Origin: a virus
IMG/VR virus record: IMGVR_UViG_3300012642_000011
Location: 320,001 to 384,000 of that record
Reading direction: 5' to 3' (one strand)
DNA: 64,000 nucleotides
A program made the translations under genes and the position numbers. Of the stretch, positions 15,170 to 25,792 are shown one piece after another. How positions within the stretch are numbered: position 1 is the first letter of the stretch; every line of letters begins with the position of its first letter. Below the pieces are notes generated by a model. It was not told where the DNA came from. It ran no database searches and saw only the letters and a list, made by a program, of their open reading frames with translations.

Positions 15170-16903
15170 TCAGGGTCTGTCTTGATGAAAAGGAAACGTA
15201 AAACGTATCTTACCACAATCATAAACTCTCTGAATCCCATTGATATGAGCCAACTGTGATTCAGTTAAAGATTCATCATAAAAAAGCGAAGGATCATTCT
15301 TAAACCTCTTCTTCCTGAAACCGAACTTATGCTTCCTCTCATTCCTGAAGATGTAGTAATAATCAGGAGGCAATATCTTATCCTGAATCCATCCTGTTTT
15401 CTCATACAAACCACCATCAGAAAAAGATAAATCAGCAAACGTCGTTAGCATAGAATTCGGATGCTCTTTCATGAATGCTTTGACTATTTTAGAATGACCA
15501 CCAATGACATGTTCAGACGTAGAATACCTCTCCAATATGTAACCATTCTTTGCCTTCTTGAAGGATGCAATTGCTACAAGAACGCCTGATCCCTTGTCTT
15601 TCAGACCCCAATGTTCAGAAGCACTCACTGATCCTTGAATGTGATTACTCTCATGGAATGCTGATGCTTCCCACCTGTCCACTATGCTGACATTCGTATT
15701 CCTTGCATAAATTCTTCTCTGATTATTAATTCCCATCACATGCTGAACATGCTTCTTGACAATCTCTTTCTTATTATTCCAATCATCCTCCCACACAGTT
15801 AACAATCTGATCCCTTGATCATGGCATGCCCAATATTTTTCAGAGTGCTTTTTCTTCCCCGAGAATTTTTCCTGATGCCAATAAATACCATTAAATTCAA
15901 TGGCTACATTGATCTCTGGAAGATAGATGTCAAGTTCCTTTCCGTTGAGAACTTTCCTATCATTAGTGATGATTCTGCCATCATAGACATCCATAATGAA
16001 TTCAATGAATTCCTTCTCCCGCTTAGATGTCCCTGCTTCATCACATTTACGACACCCTTCCTTGCCAGCAAAGTGAGCATCAAAGGACTGATAGAATGTG
16101 CCATGATCATCTATTGTGCAGATGATAGGAGAAGATGTTTTAACATTGAAGGAACTCAAGTCAACCTTGGAGTAATCATACCTGCCAGATCCATGAGATT
16201 GTATCTTGTTGTCAAACTTGGCAGTATCATATGGGGCATATTTATTACATTTTCTACAGCCGTTGTTTCCTCTTAAGTGAGAGTTGGCTTCAATCCTATA
16301 GGATTCACGGTGCTCATTACAGATGACAGTGATTTTCTCATGAAGGTTCTTGAATTGCATCACTTTGGAGTAATCAAATCGATCTCCATGTTTCTCTTTT
16401 GCTCTTGTGACATATTCTTGTACAGAGATCACACTTTGCCCATTGCATTCAGAGCAACCGTTCATTCCTCGTAAATGATTTTGAGCATTCTGGGTGAACT
16501 CGCCATGTTCTCTGCAAAGAACAGTGATCTGGTCAGCCATTTTGGTAAATCTCGTCTGGGAGTAATCAAATTTATCCCCATGGATTTCTTTTGCCTTTTG
16601 AATATACTCTTCAGGAGACATTCTTCTTGTTGCCATAGCGCATTCTTTGCACCCTGTACCACCTTTGCTTCCCAAATGTGTGTTAGGGTAAGTAGAGAAT
16701 TCACCATGATCAGGACAGATGATGATCACTTTTTCTTTGAGTTTAGTGTACTGCGTTGGAGAGTAGTCAAACCTGTCCCCATGAATACTTTTTGCTCTTT
16801 GAATGAAGTCCTCTGTATTCCTGATTCTCATTCTATAATGTCTCCTTGAGCAAAAGTAAGATCCTGTGAACATGAGTTGACCATGTTCACAGGATCTTAC
16901 CAA
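15170..16903 (-). CDS. free-standing homing-endonuclease-like protein with 4-5 tandem zinc-ribbon repeats and a C-terminal nuclease-like region, between nrdE and nrdF
   Basis: Repeats of ~45 aa: HGD(R/K)FDYS...(I/V)(I/L)C..HGEF......HL.G.(G/N)GC..C. They are followed by a PD-(D/E)XK / Vsr-like signature LDIYLPEINVAIEFNGIYWH. The position between the RNR subunit genes is a classic homing-endonuclease niche (compare T4 mobE). Confidence 0.5.
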   Translation of the reverse strand: MVRSCEHGQLMFTGSYFCSRRHYRMRIRNTEDFIQRAKSIHGDRFDYSPTQYTKLKEKVIIICPDHGEFSTYPNTHLGSKGGTGCKECAMATRRMSPEEYIQKAKEIHGDKFDYSQTRFTKMADQITVLCREHGEFTQNAQNHLRGMNGCSECNGQSVISVQEYVTRAKEKHGDRFDYSKVMQFKNLHEKITVICNEHRESYRIEANSHLRGNNGCRKCNKYAPYDTAKFDNKIQSHGSGRYDYSKVDLSSFNVKTSSPIICTIDDHGTFYQSFDAHFAGKEGCRKCDEAGTSKREKEFIEFIMDVYDGRIITNDRKVLNGKELDIYLPEINVAIEFNGIYWHQEKFSGKKKHSEKYWACHDQGIRLLTVWEDDWNNKKEIVKKHVQHVMGINNQRRIYARNTNVSIVDRWEASAFHESNHIQGSVSASEHWGLKDKGSGVLVAIASFKKAKNGYILERYSTSEHVIGGHSKIVKAFMKEHPNSMLTTFADLSFSDGGLYEKTGWIQDKILPPDYYYIFRNERKHKFGFRKKRFKNDPSLFYDESLTESQLAHINGIQRVYDCGKIRFTFPFHQDRP

Positions 16904-16913
16904 TTTCTATCAA

Positions 16914-17888
<975 letters not shown>

Positions 17889-18029
17889 CTATCTCCTGTT
17901 ATGCTCAATTTAAAATAAACTCGTATGTTTGCATACATGATTACAATACATACCCTCTCTACTCTCAACGGATTGAAGTATGTATATTATTTCTTTTTCG
18001 TATCTCTAAGAAACAGTTTTATTATCTTA

Positions 18030-18398
18030 TCAAACTGATAGTTTTTTCCTTGTCCTATATGCTGCCACGTACTTCACGATATCGATTGCTGATTCGCTCA
18101 TTGTGATGTTGTCAGGATATCGTCTATTGTTGGAGTGAATGAAAACAAAGTCTTCTTTGTCAAATCCTGATTTTCCATTCTTTAAACAGATCTTTCCTTT
18201 AATGTGTGTATTCCCGTTTGCTTCAATATGAATGCACAAGTATACTGATGTCATCATTGCTAACATTGTTTCTTCTTTGCTTACAGGGATGATCTTGAGG
18301 CATCCTTCTGGTTCTTCAATGTTTTCTGGGTAACAGCATTCGCATAACGTGTCCCCGCACCTTGTATCGGTAGGCATTGATATATCTCTCTTTCTCAA
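18030..18398 (-). CDS. hypothetical Cys-rich small protein
   Basis: ORF only; contains CGDTLCECC. The start position is uncertain. Confidence 0.3.
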   Translation of the reverse strand: MRKRDISMPTDTRCGDTLCECCYPENIEEPEGCLKIIPVSKEETMLAMMTSVYLCIHIEANGNTHIKGKICLKNGKSGFDKEDFVFIHSNNRRYPDNITMSESAIDIVKYVAAYRTRKKLSV

Positions 18399-18787
18399 AA
18401 AGCAACGAGTTTCTTGATCTCTTCGTTGACTTTGGTCGCTTCTTTGTGGGTGAACCTACATTCACTTGGATCATAGTAAGTGAAATTATTATCTTCATCT
18501 GCTACAGTTTCATTACTAAAGCCTGTATAAATCCTATATTCAATCGTGTTGTTTGCTCTGTCTAAGATTTCTGTATGTACTTCATGTGCGTTAGTAATAG
18601 AACTCTTGGTCACCCATGATGATTCAACTTCTTGGGTTTCAGCCAAGTCGAATAATTGCTTCGGGTCAATAGAGGACAGATCATGTCCTCTGCTGGCATT
18701 GATTAGGTGTTCAAAAGTTTCGGTTGTCTCTGCCACAGATGTTGGAAGGATATTGCCGAATGCGTTGATGAGGGATGTTCTTTTCAC
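18395..18787 (-). CDS. hypothetical protein (130 aa)
   Basis: ORF with SD AAGGAGA upstream, overlapping the downstream gene by 4 nt. Confidence 0.5.
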   Translation of the reverse strand: MKRTSLINAFGNILPTSVAETTETFEHLINASRGHDLSSIDPKQLFDLAETQEVESSWVTKSSITNAHEVHTEILDRANNTIEYRIYTGFSNETVADEDNNFTYYDPSECRFTHKEATKVNEEIKKLVAF

Positions 18788-18818
18788 GAGGATTCTCCTT
18801 GTTTTCTTTCTTTCGGAT

Positions 18819-18884
18819 GTAGAAAAGCACCACAGGAGATATTTTCTTCTTATCTCTGTGATGCTTTTCTATTTTGTTTTTTGT
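18819..18884 (+). promoter_or_regulatory. 22-bp imperfect inverted repeat plus T-run in the 5' leader of the minus-strand operon, oriented as a plus-strand terminator
   Basis: TAGAAAAGCACCACAGGAGATA ... TATCTCTGTGATGCTTTTCTA followed by TTTTGTTTTTTG. It sits in the 428-nt divergent intergenic region 18788-19215. Confidence 0.4.
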
Positions 18885-19215
18885 ATTTAATTTTGTTCTT
18901 GTTTTGGCCCATGTTCCCCATGTATTGCTATGCGTGGCTACAATTGTCTTACCAATTTTTTCCAAGCATGGCAATGAGCATGGCATGATGCCAGAATCAA
19001 GGCTTCTAGAAGAGAGCGTCGTCAATGAGAGCAATGTGCTGTTCACTCTTATAAGCATTGCAGACATGACACCCACCTCTTTTCATACACTCATATCGTT
19101 GATGTAATACTTCGTTATTGTATCACGGTAGGATGGGGTTGTCAAATACTATGGTGTTGAGGTTTTCGCCCGATAGGAACAGTTAAAATAGGCATTTGGT
19201 AAAATAGGGAAAATC

Positions 19216-20238
19216 ATGATCATCAGAAAGTCCATAGCCATGGAAACATTGTCAAACTATGTACCATTATTAGCAATTTTAACAGGCAGTTCATTAATAT
19301 GGTTAACATGCATCATACTTCTTGTTATTTGGCTTTTAATGATTTTGAATTTGGTCCTCAAAGGAAAAGTAGCATCTGCTATGCTTTACTTAGTATTATC
19401 CTCGTTTTTAATTTTACCTATTTTCTTTTTTGTACGAAACCTTGAAGATAAACAATCTGCTAACCCTGCTGGGGGCGTCATTGAAACAGACACACAAGAA
19501 CCAGCCACGGCAGTAGAGACAACACCGCCACCAGCAGAATCTATACCTGATCCTGTAGATTGGTCATTCCTTCCATGGTTTGTTGGCATTGCTATTGTAT
19601 TGATTGCAGTTGTTGCTGCCTTCTTTGTGATGGCTCATTATCTTCCTAAGATGATGTCTGCAAGAGACCAGAGGAAACAGATGGAGATCAATCAGAGAAA
19701 TCATAGAAATGATCTCATCGACAGGAGGAATAGAGCAATTGCTTCTATTGAGTCTACCGTCACAGAAAGAGGACGAATTGAACTTGACCCAGTATGGACT
19801 TTTGATTACCCCGAGTTTACTAACATGTCTTCTCCTGTGATCATTGAACTCTCTAGAAAACAAAAGATTGCTGTTTCTAAAGCCGATTTCATCAAAAATG
19901 TCCCAGATGATTCTTTGACTACAGATGACATCAAGGAAGTAGAACATGCTTCCAGCGAGTTCGCTGCACAGTTGGAGACGGCTAAAGAGTACGCGGAGCA
20001 AGTCAAGTGGGGAGTTCTCTCTAGGGAAGAGAAGAAACTTTTGAAAACAGCAAAGCAATTGTTGAACATGGTGTCAGATGAGTCAGCATCTGAAAATGAA
20101 AGGCACGGAGCACTGAAATCATTGGCTAATGTAGTTGACAAGTTGAGGAATGACTATGGGCGTATGTCCTTTAACGTGACAAAGTTCTATACAGCCATTG
20201 AATCCACATCTAAAATGAAGATGTTGACTGCAGTATGA
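19216..20238 (+). CDS. hypothetical membrane protein (340 aa, 3-4 transmembrane segments and a charged C-terminal domain)
   Basis: Hydrophobic segments lie in the first 150 aa. SD AGGGAAA upstream. It is one of the few plus-strand genes in the AT-rich part. Confidence 0.55.
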   Translation: MIIRKSIAMETLSNYVPLLAILTGSSLIWLTCIILLVIWLLMILNLVLKGKVASAMLYLVLSSFLILPIFFFVRNLEDKQSANPAGGVIETDTQEPATAVETTPPPAESIPDPVDWSFLPWFVGIAIVLIAVVAAFFVMAHYLPKMMSARDQRKQMEINQRNHRNDLIDRRNRAIASIESTVTERGRIELDPVWTFDYPEFTNMSSPVIIELSRKQKIAVSKADFIKNVPDDSLTTDDIKEVEHASSEFAAQLETAKEYAEQVKWGVLSREEKKLLKTAKQLLNMVSDESASENERHGALKSLANVVDKLRNDYGRMSFNVTKFYTAIESTSKMKMLTAV

Positions 20239-20266
20239 TGCTGAATTGACAATTGATTGAAACAGA

Positions 20267-20302
20267 GAAGGTGGGATAGAAATCAAATCTATCCCACCTT
20301 CT
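20267..20302. terminator. bidirectional rho-independent terminator between convergent genes
   Basis: Hairpin GAAGGTGGGATAGA-N8-TCTATCCCACCTTC. Confidence 0.65.
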
Positions 20303-20345
20303 TCGTGTTATCTATGAAGTTGTAGTTTTGAACATAGGACAATGA

Positions 20346-20909
20346 TCACTGGTTGTATTCAGTGATGAAGATATCAACTTCACCAGATTTTGAGGTGTAT
20401 CCTCTGATGATATCCTTGTCATCTTTGTACATTGTTCCTGTTGATCCTTGTCCATGTGAGTCAATGTAGTATTCTTTGACCTTGACATCATGGATAGTCT
20501 TCTCTCCAATGTACTCTACGTCAACGTCATCTTTCTTGATGAAGTCTTCTACGCTGTCAAGCGTGGCAAGGGCGAAATCATAATCTCCCTCTTCTTTAGT
20601 CTCATAACTATTGGGGAAGACCAGTTGCTCACCGCTGAGAGCAACCCTACTGCCATCAGATGTAAGATGAACTTGTTCTTTATCCAATGCTGTCTTGACA
20701 AATACTTCCTTGGGAGAGTTCTTAATGTAGGATGCCTCTGTGAACTTATCATGCATGCTCTTAAAGCCTACAGTTCCGCTTGTGGTAGAAGCGTCATTGT
20801 TGTCTATCTCATTCATCAGAGCGTAGGCAGAGGTAGTAGATGCTGCAACGACCATTGCAATACTTGCTCCAAAGACCAATGGCTTGGTGTATTTCTTCAT
20901 GTGTTTCAA
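20346..20909 (-). CDS. secreted protein or lipoprotein candidate (187 aa)
   Basis: N-terminal signal peptide MKHMKKYTKPLVFGASIAMVVAASTTSAYA. Confidence 0.55.
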   Translation of the reverse strand: MKHMKKYTKPLVFGASIAMVVAASTTSAYALMNEIDNNDASTTSGTVGFKSMHDKFTEASYIKNSPKEVFVKTALDKEQVHLTSDGSRVALSGEQLVFPNSYETKEEGDYDFALATLDSVEDFIKKDDVDVEYIGEKTIHDVKVKEYYIDSHGQGSTGTMYKDDKDIIRGYTSKSGEVDIFITEYNQ

Positions 20910-20979
20910 CCTTGTCCAATCATGTTGATGTCTATGTTCACCTCTTATGATAGCAAACGATCATATTTTGGTATGAAAC

Positions 20980-21028
20980 AATAAAGCACACAGGTTTTTA
21001 GTTGACCTGTGTGCTTTATTGTTTTTAA
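20980..21028. terminator. bidirectional terminator hairpin (15-bp stem AATAAAGCACACAGG / CCTGTGTGCTTTATT) flanked by A and T tracts
   Basis: Read directly from the sequence. Confidence 0.6.
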
Positions 21029-21646
21029 TTATCGTTTCTTGTTTTTCCTTCTTGTTCCTCTGTCAGAAAGAGAACTTCTCATTTCATATGTTTTTCTCTT
21101 GTTCTCAATGTCTCGTGGGTCAGGTATTCCATACTTCCTCAAATCCGCTTCTTTGCTTGTCATTCTGATGAATGCTAGGAGGGAAAGGAAGAGGGATGCA
21201 TATAGTGCAGATCTCGCCGTGTAGGCTGCGTCAAACTCGCCACCATAGATCAAGACGATAAGGAACACAGCAGCCACGATTGCAATACGTACACGCCATG
21301 CATAGGACAATCTGAACCTAAAGGGAATCCATTGTGGGTCTCTTGCTTTCATGACATTGCTTAAGAAGATGCTGACATTATAAAACAGACTGAAGAAGAG
21401 AAGAGAACCGGGAATGAGCATGAGGGATCTCAATACCATGAACAATTGCGTAAAGGGAGTAAAGATATCAATGAGTGCAGCGATGACAATGAAGACGACT
21501 AAAGAGATTCCTGTTACGGTGAAGAACTGCTTGAAATTCGTGTTGTACTGTTTTCTTAGCATGACAAGATAAGATATGAAAGGTTTATCTTTGTCAAGCC
21601 AAGCAAACTTGTTTCTCTTTGTTGTTTGTTCTGCTGCTGTGCTCAC
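21029..21646 (-). CDS. hypothetical membrane protein (205 aa)
   Basis: Multiple hydrophobic helices; its start overlaps the stop of the recG-like gene. Confidence 0.5.
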   Translation of the reverse strand: MSTAAEQTTKRNKFAWLDKDKPFISYLVMLRKQYNTNFKQFFTVTGISLVVFIVIAALIDIFTPFTQLFMVLRSLMLIPGSLLFFSLFYNVSIFLSNVMKARDPQWIPFRFRLSYAWRVRIAIVAAVFLIVLIYGGEFDAAYTARSALYASLFLSLLAFIRMTSKEADLRKYGIPDPRDIENKRKTYEMRSSLSDRGTRRKNKKR

Positions 21647-24411
21647 AGTAGTCTCCCCTTTGAAATGAATAGTTGAGATGCATCTTTAAGTGCTTGTTCT
21701 CTGTTCTCTGAATTCAATATCCTCTTTGCAGATTCCACTGTTTCATCAATCAAGTGTTTATGTGTCAGAAGGTCAGCAAAGAGCATTTCGCTGTTTCCTG
21801 ATTGCTCTGTTCCGAAGACAGTTCCTGTTCCACGGTTTTCCATGTCTGCCTGAGCAACATCGAATCCATCTGCGTGATCCACAATGTTCTGTAGTCTCTT
21901 TTGGCTATTCTTAGTGTTTCCAATGGAGACGAGATAGCATTTGGATGGCTTTTGGTTTCTTCCTACACGACCTCTAATTTGGTGCAATGAGGCTGATCCC
22001 AATCTGTCTGCAGAGAGTACAATGACCCTAGTGGCATCAGGGATGTCTACACCAACTTCAACAACAGTGGATGCGACAAGGACATCATATTCCTTGTTGC
22101 GGAACTTGGTCATTGCTTCCATTTGATCATCTGGTTTCATTTTTCCATGGACGTATCCTACATTAATAGAGGACAGCACTCCATTGTTAATGGATTCATA
22201 TGCTTTTTCCACTGATGCTGCATCGATCTTATCTGATTCCTTCACCATTGGGGCAATGATGAAGGTCTGGTTCCCTGTTTTTGCTTCATCTATGATGTCC
22301 TGCCACATGGGGTGATCCTTCTCATTGATAATTTGAGTAGGAGATTCTTGTATCCATTCAGTGACAATGGGGATTCTGCCAGGTGGCTTCTCATCAAGAA
22401 TAATCATATCTACATCGCCAAAGAAACTCTGAGCAATAGAGCGTGGAATAGGCGTTGCTGTCTGCTGGATGAGATCTGGAACACGCTCATCTTCTCTGCT
22501 GGAAAGAAGTCTGCTTCGATCTTCTGCGGAGAATTTCTGTTGTTCGTCAATCACAATCAATCCGAGATTATTGTATTTCATTTTTGTTTTGACGAGTGAC
22601 AGTGTTCCTACCACAATGTCGATCTCTCCATCCGCCACCTTCTTGTAAATAGCATTCTTCTCTTTTACTTTCATGCTTCCTGTGATCAGAGCAATGCTAA
22701 CATCGTCTCCAAGGGGCGCAACAGCCCTCTCAAGACCTGCATACAACTGTCGGGCAAGAACATCTGTTGGGCCAACAATAGCAGACTGGTAGCCCGATTC
22801 TGCTGCTCTCAGGCATGACAGGAAAGCAATGATAGACTTTCCTGAACCTACGTCAGCGTTGACGAGGGTTGATGATGGTTCACTTCCTGCTAGAGAATGA
22901 TTAATTTTCTCTAGTGCTTGAGACTGAGCATTGGTCAACGTAAATGGAAGAGACTCAATTGCTTTCTGTTGTAATGCTGAATCGGATTCTTCCATCTTGA
23001 TTCCTTGATGAGAAACCTGATTCCTTCTTGATTCTTGAAGGACGAGTTGCATATAGACCATCTCATAGAAGGCAAGTGTGTCCATGCATGCTTCATGGTG
23101 CTCTGGGGAAGATGGGAAGTGCAGTTCATTGAACGCTTCTCCTGTAGGCATCTTATTATCTGGTTCAAAGTATTCAGGCATGGAGATATCAGCACCGCTT
23201 CTTGCTATCAACTCTCTGATAGCAGAAAGAATCAGTTTGGTAGTGATTCCCTTGGAGGGTTGCTGTTTGTACACAGGGACAACAGGAAGAAGTTCAGCAT
23301 CTTCCATGTGATCAATGGAGATTCCACTGATTTGGGGCTTTAAATTGAAGTAACCGAATTTTCCTGTAACAATGACTTCATCACCCGTCTTGAAACGTGT
23401 AAGCAACCATCTTTGATTGAAGAAACTGACTCGGAGGTTGTTACCACCTTCAGTTTTGATCATGAAATAGATTCCTGATGCTCTTGTTCTTGGGTTGCCG
23501 AATTCTCCTGAGGAATCAATCTTTCCAACGATTGTCGCTGTTTCTCCTTCTTCAAGGTCTTTTAAGTCCTGTGATTCATTCTTGAAAATATACTTTCGTG
23601 GAATAGTCATAATAAGGTCATGCAGGGTGGCATATCCTGATTCCCTCATCTTCTCAGCGAGAGTTTTCTCTGATTTCCTCAACTGGTCATTGCTTTGTTT
23701 GTTTGCTCTGATGACATTGAGTTCTTCAATGTCAACGAACCTCAATGAATCCAGTGTGCCATCAAATCCTTCAATTGGGTCATTGACTAGTCCGTACACG
23801 TCATCATCTACACGGAATGGGGGAAACCTTTCATCCATGTTCTCACAAAGAGATTGGAAATCAAGAAGTTTTCCTATTTGAAGGGAATAAATGCCTGTTC
23901 TTCTGTAGTAGGCACTAAGTTTTCTCAACACATCAGTATACACCCATACTTGTGGAGCAGAGATTTCAATAGTGGTCTTATCATCACTAATTCTCACATG
24001 CGGATCAACAGCGTTGTCAGCAAGTGTAGCCAATGCTTTCACGTCTTCTTTGGAGGACAATCCACCATGAATAGACTTGATAATATGGCGAAGAATAAAT
24101 GCATTGACAGATGACCTGTTAGCTTCCCAGATGTTTTTGGAAGTTTTGGAGAAACCCTCTAGTTTATTAAGATCTTCATCTGTAGAAAGATCTTCAATGG
24201 AATAGAATTTGATCTTGTTGTTGTCAACATGAATGATGACTCTTTTATAAGTTTTAGTGTATGCCCATTCTGGCTTATTGTCTTCACTAAATAGATTAAA
24301 CTTCTCTTCTTCTAAAGTCTCATTATCTTCTGAAAGTTCATCAACGCCCTCAGGAGGGAGAAGAGGTACAATCTCCTCTCCCTCCCACAAGTCAACTTCA
24401 ACTATTCTCAT
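21643..24411 (-). CDS. RecG-like SF2 ATP-dependent DNA helicase
   Basis: Walker A VGSGKS, motif II IVIDEQQKF, the RecG/Mfd-type motif TATPIPRS, and motif VI HQIRGRVGRN. The extended N-terminal region may carry a wedge/OB domain. Confidence 0.7.
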   Translation of the reverse strand: MRIVEVDLWEGEEIVPLLPPEGVDELSEDNETLEEEKFNLFSEDNKPEWAYTKTYKRVIIHVDNNKIKFYSIEDLSTDEDLNKLEGFSKTSKNIWEANRSSVNAFILRHIIKSIHGGLSSKEDVKALATLADNAVDPHVRISDDKTTIEISAPQVWVYTDVLRKLSAYYRRTGIYSLQIGKLLDFQSLCENMDERFPPFRVDDDVYGLVNDPIEGFDGTLDSLRFVDIEELNVIRANKQSNDQLRKSEKTLAEKMRESGYATLHDLIMTIPRKYIFKNESQDLKDLEEGETATIVGKIDSSGEFGNPRTRASGIYFMIKTEGGNNLRVSFFNQRWLLTRFKTGDEVIVTGKFGYFNLKPQISGISIDHMEDAELLPVVPVYKQQPSKGITTKLILSAIRELIARSGADISMPEYFEPDNKMPTGEAFNELHFPSSPEHHEACMDTLAFYEMVYMQLVLQESRRNQVSHQGIKMEESDSALQQKAIESLPFTLTNAQSQALEKINHSLAGSEPSSTLVNADVGSGKSIIAFLSCLRAAESGYQSAIVGPTDVLARQLYAGLERAVAPLGDDVSIALITGSMKVKEKNAIYKKVADGEIDIVVGTLSLVKTKMKYNNLGLIVIDEQQKFSAEDRSRLLSSREDERVPDLIQQTATPIPRSIAQSFFGDVDMIILDEKPPGRIPIVTEWIQESPTQIINEKDHPMWQDIIDEAKTGNQTFIIAPMVKESDKIDAASVEKAYESINNGVLSSINVGYVHGKMKPDDQMEAMTKFRNKEYDVLVASTVVEVGVDIPDATRVIVLSADRLGSASLHQIRGRVGRNQKPSKCYLVSIGNTKNSQKRLQNIVDHADGFDVAQADMENRGTGTVFGTEQSGNSEMLFADLLTHKHLIDETVESAKRILNSENREQALKDASQLFISKGRLL

Positions 24412-24475
24412 CTTCTACTCTCCATTCGAATCTATTTCAGAGAGGAAGATCGTTGTTACTACTTAGTTGACTGCT

Positions 24476-25792
24476 TCACTTCTGGATACGATCTAAAGAA
24501 TCCTGATCCAACTCTCCGATTGCATAAACTATTCGTCTTGCATACTTTATTTTATCAAAAGGGTCTCCAAGATCAATGTTGGAATACTCTTCAACTTTAG
24601 CGCCAAGGAGCATGAGATTATCATTATCGTAATCGAGTACAGTGAATGCTCTATCCAGTGGGTCTTCAATATTGATGACTGATCGAAGAAGATTCAATCC
24701 TTCATCTTCTTCAGTGATCTTTCCTGTCATCATGTGGTAGACGATGTTTGCATAATTCAATTCGCCTTCTACCTGCTCATGAATCCTCTTCTTCTCATCG
24801 TCTGACATCTTAGAATATTCATTGTAGGTAGCAAAAACATTCTCAACGTCACTAAGAGTAATCTCATATGTTGAATGCTCTTCAGGTGGTGTCACCATCT
24901 GAACAGGTGTGCTATTTGCAACAGGTGTGCTATCTGAAACGTGATGATCACTAACAGAAGACTGATGATCTTCCGTTGTCTCATCTGTAGATGAAACAGT
25001 ATCTTCTTGTGCATCTGTGACTACAGATGTCACATCATCGTTGACATGCTCAACATTTTGTGTTTTATTATCTGTGTTTGCAACAGTTGACTCTTCAGCA
25101 TTGTTTTCATTGAGAGCAATGTTATCGTATCCGAAGGAGTAAGTGATCTCTTCAACCCTGGGTTCAAAGACACTTGAATCAAAGGGCTTTTCAGTATCGC
25201 TTTCATTGGTATTAGTAGAGGGTTCCTCTTCATTGTAGTATGAAGAATAATCCTCTGTTGGTGAGACTGTTTCTGTTTCTCCTTCTTTAGTGTCTTCATA
25301 CTCAATGGTGGTAGAAGATTCCTGAGTGTTATCTTCTGGTGCAGAAGTATATTCAGACGCAACTGGTGAAGAATAATCATCCTGTGTTTCATTCTCAGAA
25401 TAATCCGTGCTGAACATCTCTTCTTGACTCTGGTTAACCATGTCGTTTTGTGGCTCAGGTTCTGCTTTCTTACTGTTTCCGAAAATGCTGATCTTCTTCA
25501 CGTCTTCCTCGTTGTTTGTCTGAGAATAAGATGGAGTTGTAGGTGATTCATCTTCTTCATCGTTGAAGAAGTCATTACCTTCGTCTTCATCATCTGTTAA
25601 GCCACTGCTCCCAAAATAATCAGCACTGCTTGAGAAAGCAGGCTCTCTCGTGAAAATACTTGGGTCGTAGGGGATATCGCCTTCATCAGATTCCTCTGAC
25701 ATGGCTTCAGTAATGAAGTCGTACTCTGACTCTTTGCCCGTATTGAAATCGGACTCTTCTGAATGATAAGATGAACTCATATTTACTCTCAC
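24476..25792 (-). CDS. highly acidic low-complexity protein (438 aa)
   Basis: D/E/S/T-rich; overlaps the upstream gene by 4 nt. Confidence 0.5.
   Translation of the reverse strand: MRVNMSSSYHSEESDFNTGKESEYDFITEAMSEESDEGDIPYDPSIFTREPAFSSSADYFGSSGLTDDEDEGNDFFNDEEDESPTTPSYSQTNNEEDVKKISIFGNSKKAEPEPQNDMVNQSQEEMFSTDYSENETQDDYSSPVASEYTSAPEDNTQESSTTIEYEDTKEGETETVSPTEDYSSYYNEEEPSTNTNESDTEKPFDSSVFEPRVEEITYSFGYDNIALNENNAEESTVANTDNKTQNVEHVNDDVTSVVTDAQEDTVSSTDETTEDHQSSVSDHHVSDSTPVANSTPVQMVTPPEEHSTYEITLSDVENVFATYNEYSKMSDDEKKRIHEQVEGELNYANIVYHMMTGKITEEDEGLNLLRSVINIEDPLDRAFTVLDYDNDNLMLLGAKVEEYSNIDLGDPFDKIKYARRIVYAIGELDQDSLDRIQK

Noticed and set aside
15815-16276. 153-aa plus-strand ORF inside the homing-endonuclease gene
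   Set aside because: It is antisense to a longer ORF with clear repeat and domain structure, and is Ile/Phe-rich as expected from the reverse frame of AT-rich coding DNA.
18030-18398. Candidate NrdH or NrdI accessory gene downstream of nrdF
   Set aside because: There is no CVQC redox motif (NrdH) and no flavodoxin-like S/T-x-T-G-N-T loop (NrdI). The gene is left as a hypothetical Cys-rich protein.
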